This document shows, piece after piece, positions 57,124 to 64,000 of a stretch of DNA of 64,000 bases. The position numbers were made by a program, and so were the translations under genes. How positions within the stretch are numbered: the stretch's first letter is position 1; each line of letters begins with the position of its first letter. Source of the DNA: an uncultured Bacteroidales bacterium (GTDB lineage: Bacteria > Bacteroidota > Bacteroidia > Bacteroidales > UBA932); assembly GCA_947167015.1 (NCBI GenBank), contig CAMVGM010000004.1:9794-73793 (forward strand), written 5' to 3'. Under the pieces are notes generated by a model that was not told where the DNA came from, did no database searches, and saw only the letters and a list, made by a program, of their open reading frames with translations.

Positions 57124-59936
57124 CGTCCGCAAATGTTTTTGAAATCACACCATTCGCAGGATTTCACGTCCTGCGTCCGCCGCCAGGGCTCGTCCAGGTT
57201 GGAAATTTCGGCCAGCAGGTCCGCGAGCTTGCCGTCCATCAGGTCCAGGAAACGCGGGCTGAGCGAGACGTTCTCGACCTCCCGGATGAAAAGGCGGGAG
57301 GGCTGATACACGGAATTCTCGACGGTCCAGCCGCCGTACTGCGGATCACCGGCCACGAAACGGTCGTAGAGATACAGCTGGAGCGCGATCTTGGGGCGTT
57401 TGGCGTTGTCCGTGCCGAACAGGGCCGCCACCACGCTTTCCGCATTGCCCTCATCGATCAGGAAGTCCGCATCCGACACCCGCCCGGTCTTGTAATCCAG
57501 CACGCGGAGTTCCCCGGGCCGGATGCTGTCCAGGCGGTCGATCACGCCCCGGAAGCGGAAGCCGCCGATGATGGCGTAGCGCTCCAGTTCGAGCCCCAGG
57601 ATGCGGAAGCCTTCCGCACCTTTCCCGTCCAGATATTCAATGTCGCGCCGGATGGCCTGGCGCACGTAGCGGACGATCATGTCGGCGAAGACGATGTTCC
57701 TGCCGGTCAGTTCGAACCCGTGCAGGGCCTCGAGGATCAGGCGGCGCACCAGCGCGGGGATGCGCTCCCCTTCCAGGACGGATTTCAGATGGTCCCGGCT
57801 GACGAAATTGCCGTCGACGGTATAGATCGTCTGCATCGCCTGGTGGAAGACCGTCCCGATGTCGTTCGCCTCCAGCGACTCCGTCACTTCCTCGTCGCTC
57901 CGCAGCCCGCAGACCTTGCCGTAATAGAACTTCGCCGGGCAGACGAGGTAATTCTCCAGGGAGGAAGCCGAGAGATTGTGCCGGTGCAGTTCCTCCAGCT
58001 GTTCCGCCGTCTTGGGCACGCTGTCCTCCTCTTCCGGCTTGCTGATCGGCGCCCGGAGCACGTAACGCTTGATGCGGGCCCCGAAATGCAGTTCGAGCTG
58101 CTTGACGAAACGGCTCTCTTCCCCGCCCCGGAGGCCCTCCGTGCGGGAATCCAGCAGCAGCCACACGCGGCGCGCCCGCCGGATCATCCGGTAGAAGTAG
58201 TACGCCCACACGGCGTCCTGGTATTCATAGGTCGGCAGTTCGAAGCCGCGCCGCAGTTCCGCCGGGATGAAAGAAGAGGCCACGCTGTGCCGCGGGAAGA
58301 CGCCCTCGTTGCAGTTCAGCAGGACGAGATTCTCGAAATCCAGGGCGCGCGTCTCCAGCGGCCCCATCACCTGCAGGCCCTTCAGCGGCTCGCCGCGGAA
58401 AGGCACCGTCGCGGCGGCGACCAGCTGCTCCAGCAGGCGGAACCAGGTGGCCGGACGGATGCTCAGCGCGCAGTCGGACAGGCGGCCGACGGCCAGGTAG
58501 TAATCCCGGACGAAATCCAGTTCCAGCGCCATTTCAGGCACCTCCCGCAGCCGGGCGCCCAGTTCGGCGAGCAGGCTGCGCAGGTATTCCTCCAGCGAGC
58601 GGACCGCCTCCGGCCCGGCCTGGTCGGGCGCCTTCGCCACCGGCTGGAAGATGCGGTCGAACAGCGGCAGGCCGGACAGTTCGGACACGGGGATATAGTA
58701 GCGCGCCTTCGCACGCACCTCGGCCGCCCGCTTGCGCCCCTCTTCCCCGGCGACGGTCTTGAAAATGCTGTTGGAGAAGACCGCCCACACGGGCCGGTGA
58801 TAGAAGAACCACTGTCCGTCCTTCTCCCGCAGGTGCAGCTGCAGGGCGGCCACGTCGGACATCAGGGCGCTCAGGGCGCTGCCCGACATCGGATAGCCCA
58901 TGGTCACGTTGATGTCGGAAATCCGTTCCGGGAGCGAGTTCAGCACCGGGAGCAGCATGCTTTCGTCGGGCAGCACGATGGCCGTCTCGATGCCGGACGC
59001 CCCCAGGCGATCCAGGATGGCGGGCAGCTGTTTCGCCTGTCCCACGCCCGACGGCACGCTCAGCACGCTCACTTCCGGCTCGCCCAGGCCCTCCGGATCC
59101 GGATCGAAAGCCTGGGGGAACTCCAGGACGTTGTCGGACAGGAAGCGGGACGAACTGTTCGCCGGATCGCTGATCCAGCCGGGGCCGTAGTCCCAGCAGA
59201 ACTCCGCGAGGCGGGCGTCCCGCAGGCGGCGCAGCAGGCGTTTCTCACATTCGTTCAAGGCGTTGAGCCCCACGAAGACGAACTTGCGCACCCCGCCGAA
59301 CGCCTCCGGGAGGAGGTCGGCGACGGATTCTCCGGAGAGGCGCTCCGCCAGTTCGCGGTACACCATCCCCTCGTAGGCCATCCCCTTCTCGCGCAGGCTC
59401 GCGTTGAAATTGCGGTAGAGCGGCAGCAGGATGTCCCAGATGCGGCGGAATTCTTCCTTGTATCTGCCGCCCGAGCTGAAATGCTTCAGGAAAGCGCGGA
59501 TCGCCTCCTCCTGCCGTTCGTCCAGCCAGGAGAAGTCGTCCTGCATCGCCCGGAAATCGGCGATATTGGTGAAGAGCCGTTCCGGGTCCACGAGGTATTT
59601 GTCCACGTCGTCAAAGTCCGACAGCAGCACCCCGCCCCAGAAGATGAAATCGTCCAGCGGCTCTGCCTTCTCCCCGTACAGGGGCCGGTAGCACTCGTAG
59701 AGCTTCAGCAGCAGGTGCACCTGGTCGGTCTGCCGCGCCCCCGCGAGCCGGTAGAAGAAATCGTTCATCGTGTAGAGCGCCGGCACGCGCAGGGGGCGTC
59801 CCGCCCGGGCGACGCATTCGCCCAGATACTTGCGGAAGAATGCCACGGCACGCCGGTTCGGGAAGATGAAGCAAAGGTCTTCAACTTCCCCCGCTGCGAA
59901 ATAATGCCGGGCGACCTGGTCGAGAAAGGGTTCCAT
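57120..59936 (-). CDS. addB: AddB-like PD-(D/E)XK nuclease
   Basis: FPNRRA, LETRALDF, SASS..Y..CP, IDRLD..DYKTG, CEWCDFKNIC Fe-S staple; ATGA-coupled to addA. Confidence 0.88.
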   Translation of the reverse strand: MEPFLDQVARHYFAAGEVEDLCFIFPNRRAVAFFRKYLGECVARAGRPLRVPALYTMNDFFYRLAGARQTDQVHLLLKLYECYRPLYGEKAEPLDDFIFWGGVLLSDFDDVDKYLVDPERLFTNIADFRAMQDDFSWLDERQEEAIRAFLKHFSSGGRYKEEFRRIWDILLPLYRNFNASLREKGMAYEGMVYRELAERLSGESVADLLPEAFGGVRKFVFVGLNALNECEKRLLRRLRDARLAEFCWDYGPGWISDPANSSSRFLSDNVLEFPQAFDPDPEGLGEPEVSVLSVPSGVGQAKQLPAILDRLGASGIETAIVLPDESMLLPVLNSLPERISDINVTMGYPMSGSALSALMSDVAALQLHLREKDGQWFFYHRPVWAVFSNSIFKTVAGEEGRKRAAEVRAKARYYIPVSELSGLPLFDRIFQPVAKAPDQAGPEAVRSLEEYLRSLLAELGARLREVPEMALELDFVRDYYLAVGRLSDCALSIRPATWFRLLEQLVAAATVPFRGEPLKGLQVMGPLETRALDFENLVLLNCNEGVFPRHSVASSFIPAELRRGFELPTYEYQDAVWAYYFYRMIRRARRVWLLLDSRTEGLRGGEESRFVKQLELHFGARIKRYVLRAPISKPEEEDSVPKTAEQLEELHRHNLSASSLENYLVCPAKFYYGKVCGLRSDEEVTESLEANDIGTVFHQAMQTIYTVDGNFVSRDHLKSVLEGERIPALVRRLILEALHGFELTGRNIVFADMIVRYVRQAIRRDIEYLDGKGAEGFRILGLELERYAIIGGFRFRGVIDRLDSIRPGELRVLDYKTGRVSDADFLIDEGNAESVVAALFGTDNAKRPKIALQLYLYDRFVAGDPQYGGWTVENSVYQPSRLFIREVENVSLSPRFLDLMDGKLADLLAEISNLDEPWRRTQDVKSCEWCDFKNICGR

Positions 59937-59941
59937 ACATA

Positions 59942-59971
59942 CAAATATACTGATTAAAATTCGTATCTTTG
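59942..59971. promoter_or_regulatory. Back-to-back sigma-A -7 elements for addB and alr
   Basis: TATATTTG (minus, 59949-59942) and TATCTTTG (plus, 59964-59971). Confidence 0.65.
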
Positions 59972-59977
59972 CATGAT

Positions 59978-61093
59978 ATGTCCAAAGGGGAAAACGATTT
60001 TTCGCGCCTGGAGCTGCGCCTGCCCGCCTGCAGGAGCAACTACCGCTACTTCCGCGGCCGGCTGAAGCCCTCCACGAAGCTGCTGGTGCTCGTCAAGGCC
60101 AACGCCTACGGCCACGGCGCCGTGGAGTTCGCCTCGATGATGCAGCAGGAAGGCGCCGACTACCTCGCGGTCGCCCTCCCGGTGGAAGGGATGGAACTGC
60201 GCCGCAGCGGTATCTCCCTGCCCATCCTGGTGCTCACCGCCGGCACCGACTTCTTCCCGGAGATCATCGACAACCGGCTGGAGCCCGGCATCCCCAACCT
60301 CTACACCCTGGAAGCGCTCTGCGCGGAACTCCGCCGCCGCGGCCTGCAGGACTTCCCCATCCACATCAAGCTGGACACCGGCATGCACCGGCTCGGCTTC
60401 ATGACTGCCGAACTGCCCGCCCTGCTGGACTTCCTGAAGGCGCACGGCGAGGTGCGCGTGAAGTCCGTGTATTCCCACCTGGCCGCCGCCGAAGACCCGG
60501 CGGAGGACGCGTTCACCCTCGGCCAGATCGCGATGTTCGAGCGGAACGCGCAGGCCGTCACCGACGCCCTGGGCTACCGCCCGATGTGGCACATCCTCAA
60601 CTCCGCCGGCATCGAACGCTTCCCGCAGTACCAGCACGACATGGTGCGCCTGGGCATCGGCATCTACGGCATCAGCGCCCTGCCCGGCGTGCGCCTCTCC
60701 CCGGTGGCATCGCTCAAGGTCAAGGTGCTGCAGGTCAAGACGCTGGGCGTCGAGGACGGCACCATCGGCTACGGCCGCCACGGCCACGTGGCCCCGACCG
60801 GCACCGTCATCGCCACCATCCCCGTGGGCTATGCGGACGGCTTGGACCGCCATTTCGGCTGCGGCGCCGCCTCGTTCAGCGTGAACGGGCACCGCGCCCC
60901 CACGATCGGCAACATCTGCATGGACATGTGCATGATCGACGTCACGGGCATCCCGGTGCAGCCGGGCGACACCGTGACCATCTTCGGCGAGGACCCCACC
61001 GTGGAGGAACTCGCCGGCCTGCTGGGAACCATCCCCTATGAAATCCTGACCTCGGTGCCCCGCCGCATCGAGCGCATCATCCTGCGCAAATAA
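59978..61093 (+). CDS. alr: Alanine racemase (stand-alone)
   Basis: VKANAYGHG (PLP Lys), HIKLDTGMHRLG, NSAG, VGYADG, ICMD, TIPYEI. Confidence 0.97.
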   Translation: MSKGENDFSRLELRLPACRSNYRYFRGRLKPSTKLLVLVKANAYGHGAVEFASMMQQEGADYLAVALPVEGMELRRSGISLPILVLTAGTDFFPEIIDNRLEPGIPNLYTLEALCAELRRRGLQDFPIHIKLDTGMHRLGFMTAELPALLDFLKAHGEVRVKSVYSHLAAAEDPAEDAFTLGQIAMFERNAQAVTDALGYRPMWHILNSAGIERFPQYQHDMVRLGIGIYGISALPGVRLSPVASLKVKVLQVKTLGVEDGTIGYGRHGHVAPTGTVIATIPVGYADGLDRHFGCGAASFSVNGHRAPTIGNICMDMCMIDVTGIPVQPGDTVTIFGEDPTVEELAGLLGTIPYEILTSVPRRIERIILRK

Positions 61094-61105
61094 TTGATAT
61101 ACAAT

Positions 61106-62476
61106 ATGAAGAAGACCGTCCTCCTCCTCACGCTGGCCCTCGCCGGCTTTGCCGCCACCGCCCAGCCGAAAGGCGCCATCACCCCGGAAATGCTTGCCGA
61201 GATCAGCAAGGGCTATGAAGGGAACGCCGCCGACAAGGCCATCCGCAATGCCCTGAACACCACCTCCATCACGGTCCTTTCCGCCAATGCGGAGAATGCC
61301 GCGATGATCGACACCGAGTTCACCGACCGGGTGAAGACCTGGGGCATCACCGACCAGAAGTCCTCCGGACGCTGCTGGCTCTTCACGGGGCTGAACGTGC
61401 TGCGCGCCGCGGCCGCCGACAAGCACGGCCTGGGGAACTTCCAGTTCTCGCAGAACTACAACTTCTTCTACGACCAGCTGGAGAAGGCGAACCTCTTCCT
61501 GCAGGCCGTCATCGACACCCGCGACAAGGGCTTCGACGACCGCGAGGTGGACTGGCTGTTCAGCAACCCCATCAGCGACGGCGGCACCTTCACCGGCGTG
61601 GCGAACCTCGTGATGAAGTACGGCGTGGTGCCTGCGAACGTGATGCCGGAAAGCCTCTCGGCGAACAATACCTCTGCGATGGCCACCCAGCTGAAGACCC
61701 TGCTGCGCCGCGACGGCCTCATATTGCGTGAGAACCCTTCGGGCGTGAAGGCAAAAGACCTCCCGGCCTGGCTGCAGGCCCGCAAGACCGAGATGCTCGC
61801 CGACGTTTACCGCGTGCTCGCCCTGTGCCTGGGCGTGCCGCCGAAGGAGTTCGAGTGGAAGGGCAAGACCTACACGCCGCAGGCCTTCTACCGGGAACTG
61901 CTGGGCTACGACCTGGAACACGGCTACGTGATGCTGATGAACGACCCCAGCCGCGAGTACGGCAAGGTCTATGAGATCCAGTACGACCGCCACCTCTACG
62001 ACGGCCAGAACTGGCTGTACGTCAATCTCCCCGTCGAGCGCATCAAGGAGATGGCCATCGCCTCCATCAAGGCGAACAAGGCCATGTACTTCTCCTGCGA
62101 CGTAGGCAAGTTCCTCGACCGCACGAAAGGCGTCGCGGACCTGAAGAATTTCGATTACGAATCCCTGCTGGGCGTGGACCTGTCGATGGACAAGCGCCAG
62201 CGCGTGACCACGCACGCCAGCGGCTCCTCCCACGCAATGACCCTCATCGCCGTGGACCTGAAGGACGGCGTGCCGCAGAAGTGGCTGGTGGAGAACAGCT
62301 GGGGGGCCTCCAGCGGCTGGCAGGGCAACATCATCATGACCGACGAGTGGTTCGACGAATACATGTTCCGCCTCGTGGTGGAGAAGCAGTTCGTCCCCGC
62401 CGACGTGATGAAGATGCTGGAGCAGAAACCCATCCTGCTCCCTGCCTGGGATCCGATGTTCCTCGGTGAGGAATAA
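61106..62476 (+). CDS. pepC: Aminopeptidase C (C1B, bleomycin hydrolase family), secreted
   Basis: QKSSGRCWLF, EKANLFL, HAM, VENSWG, LPAWDPM. Confidence 0.93.
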   Translation: MKKTVLLLTLALAGFAATAQPKGAITPEMLAEISKGYEGNAADKAIRNALNTTSITVLSANAENAAMIDTEFTDRVKTWGITDQKSSGRCWLFTGLNVLRAAAADKHGLGNFQFSQNYNFFYDQLEKANLFLQAVIDTRDKGFDDREVDWLFSNPISDGGTFTGVANLVMKYGVVPANVMPESLSANNTSAMATQLKTLLRRDGLILRENPSGVKAKDLPAWLQARKTEMLADVYRVLALCLGVPPKEFEWKGKTYTPQAFYRELLGYDLEHGYVMLMNDPSREYGKVYEIQYDRHLYDGQNWLYVNLPVERIKEMAIASIKANKAMYFSCDVGKFLDRTKGVADLKNFDYESLLGVDLSMDKRQRVTTHASGSSHAMTLIAVDLKDGVPQKWLVENSWGASSGWQGNIIMTDEWFDEYMFRLVVEKQFVPADVMKMLEQKPILLPAWDPMFLGEE

Positions 62477-62480
62477 AACA

Positions 62481-62512
62481 AGAACTGCCGGCCCGCTTGG
62501 GTCGGCAGTTCT
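62481..62512. terminator. Hairpin between convergent pepC and rpmH
   Basis: AGAACTGCCGGCCC-GCTT-GGGTCGGCAGTTCT. Confidence 0.75.
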
Positions 62513-62531
62513 GTTCCGGGTCCGGCAGGGA

Positions 62532-62684
62532 TTACCAGCGGTCCTCGGAAGAAACGGTGAGCTTCTTGCGGCCGTGGGCGCGACGGGAGGCGAGGACCCG
62601 GCGGCCGTTCGGCGTGCTCATGCGCTCGCGGAAGCCGTGCTTGTTGACACGCTTGCGGTTGGAGGGTTGGAAAGTCCTTTTCAT
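62532..62684 (-). CDS. rpmH: 50S ribosomal protein L34 (absent from the ORF track)
   Basis: Manual translation [50 protein letters not shown]. Confidence 0.97.
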   Translation of the reverse strand: MKRTFQPSNRKRVNKHGFRERMSTPNGRRVLASRRAHGRKKLTVSSEDRW

Positions 62685-62703
62685 ATCTTCTGTTTTTTAG
62701 TTT

Positions 62704-63324
62704 TCAAAATTTGGGAGGGCAAAGGTAATCTTTTCCGATTTCAATTACAAATTTTTCTGCAAAATATTCATCTTTCAGCCATTCGGAGATCTCCCAGACA
62801 CGGATCCGCCCGGGTTCCACCCGGCATTTCCGGCCCAGTTCCGAGATTTCCGCGGCCACGTCTCCCCCTTTCAGGTACAGGATGCTCCGGCGGAATTTCC
62901 CTTTCACCCAGGGGTAGAAATTCTCCAGCGAGGTGACGGCGCGGGAGACCACCCAGTCGAAGGGTCCGGGCAGGGATTCCGCCCGGGCGTTGACGCAGGT
63001 GACGTTCTGCAGGCCCAGGCCGTCGGCGACCGCCTGCGCCACCCGGATTTTCTTGCCGATGGAGTCGCAGAGGGTGAAGTGCGCCGCGGGGAATACCGTC
63101 GCCAAGGGGATGCCCGGGAAGCCGCCGCCGGTACCGAGGTCGAGGATCGTGGCGCCGTCGAAGGCACCCGGGTGGAAGCGGTTCACGTATTCGGCGATGG
63201 CGAGGGAGTGGAGGATGTGGTGTTCGTAGAGCGCGTCTATGTCCTTGCGGGACACGACGTTGATCCGCGCGTTCCACTCGCGGTAGAGCGCGGCCATCGG
63301 CTCGTATTCCTCTTTTCCCTTCAT
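62704..63324 (-). CDS. rsmG: 16S rRNA m7G527 methyltransferase RsmG
   Basis: WNARINVVSRKD, HILHSL, LDLGTGGGFPGIPLA, VVSRAV, YLKG. Confidence 0.96.
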   Translation of the reverse strand: MKGKEEYEPMAALYREWNARINVVSRKDIDALYEHHILHSLAIAEYVNRFHPGAFDGATILDLGTGGGFPGIPLATVFPAAHFTLCDSIGKKIRVAQAVADGLGLQNVTCVNARAESLPGPFDWVVSRAVTSLENFYPWVKGKFRRSILYLKGGDVAAEISELGRKCRVEPGRIRVWEISEWLKDEYFAEKFVIEIGKDYLCPPKF

Positions 63325-63385
63325 GTCTGCAAAGATACGAAAATGAATAATTATTGCTAAGTTTGTAGAAACCATTTTGACCCGT

Positions 63386-64000
63386 ATGAACAGATCTTTC
63401 TGGGCCGGCGTGCTGCTGGCCGTCATCCTTTTCCCCGCTGCCGCACAGCAGAAATACGAAGTCGGCGGCGTCGATATGACGCGCGTCGAGTATGAACGCT
63501 TCCGCGAGCCTGCGCGGGATTTCCGCGGCGTGCGATTCATCGCCCTGAACCTCGACCGCGCCACCGAGGACTCGATGCGCGAGGCCGTCGAGCGCGATTT
63601 CAAGACCGACAAATGGGGCACTTTCGTGCTGATTGCCGGGGGCGGCAGCACCGAGGGCCTGTCCGACGCCTACCTCGAAGGCTCCCGCCGCCAGCGCAAG
63701 GAAAGCGGCACGGCCTACCTGAGCGAGGAATACTTCAAACTCTACCGCGCCGCCATCGAGAAGGGACTCGAACTCGGTTTCAAGTGCTCCACGCTCTACG
63801 ACGAGTGGGAGTACCCGAGCGGCATGGTGGAAGGACTCTTCTACAGCCGCTATCCCGAGGACTGCGCCAAGGGCCTGGAGATGGAAGAGCAGGACGTCAG
63901 CGCCGGCAAGGCGCAGCAGGTAAGCCTCACGATGCCCGACGGGGGCATCTACGTCGGGGCCGTGGCGATGAACCTGGACACCTGGGAGCGGCGCGACGTC
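63386..64000 (+). CDS. Secreted glycoside hydrolase, GH106 (alpha-L-rhamnosidase)-like N-terminus (partial)
   Basis: Manual translation: signal peptide, FREP, YLSEEYF..Y, LYDEWEYPSG; open to the window end. Confidence 0.6.
   Translation, partial: MNRSFWAGVLLAVILFPAAAQQKYEVGGVDMTRVEYERFREPARDFRGVRFIALNLDRATEDSMREAVERDFKTDKWGTFVLIAGGGSTEGLSDAYLEGSRRQRKESGTAYLSEEYFKLYRAAIEKGLELGFKCSTLYDEWEYPSGMVEGLFYSRYPEDCAKGLEMEEQDVSAGKAQQVSLTMPDGGIYVGAVAMNLDTWERRDV

Noticed and set aside
54325-59936. Helicase + Cas4-like nuclease as a defence or CRISPR adaptation module
   Set aside because: Size, ATGA coupling and motifs match the housekeeping AddAB recombination complex.
1-64000. tRNA or rRNA genes
   Set aside because: No cloverleaf or rRNA-like sequence seen in the short intergenic regions by eye; tRNAscan-SE and barrnap would be decisive.

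Overview
A gene-dense, GC-rich chromosomal segment of a Bacteroidales bacterium. The lineage is inferred from TAnnTTTG promoters, DUF4293/DUF4290/DUF3822/FISUMP-type genes and gene order. Most of it is core genome: ruvC, serS, rplU-rpmA, rpsU, dnaK, leuS, gyrA, fabF, prfA, mazG, ackA-pta, ftsK, addAB-like, alr, pepC, rpmH, rsmG. I saw no rRNA, tRNA or CRISPR array. The most unusual structure is an HUH/Y1 (RAYT-like) nuclease system. Two diverged ~309-aa paralogs (26370-27299 and 41156-42082) each sit between convergent host genes. Each is flanked on both sides by its own family of long hairpins, arranged as pairs with an 83-84 bp period. At both loci the loop of one hairpin is flipped relative to its sister copies. 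A ~316-bp inverted duplicate of one flank, carrying the last 29 codons of fabF, lies at 21476-21792 and brackets a potentially invertible ~4.2-kb segment. A second ~45-bp motif links these loci to an orphan repeat element between ftsK and a lytic transglycosylase gene (52742-52962). All protein calls come from motif recognition by eye; no database search was run.
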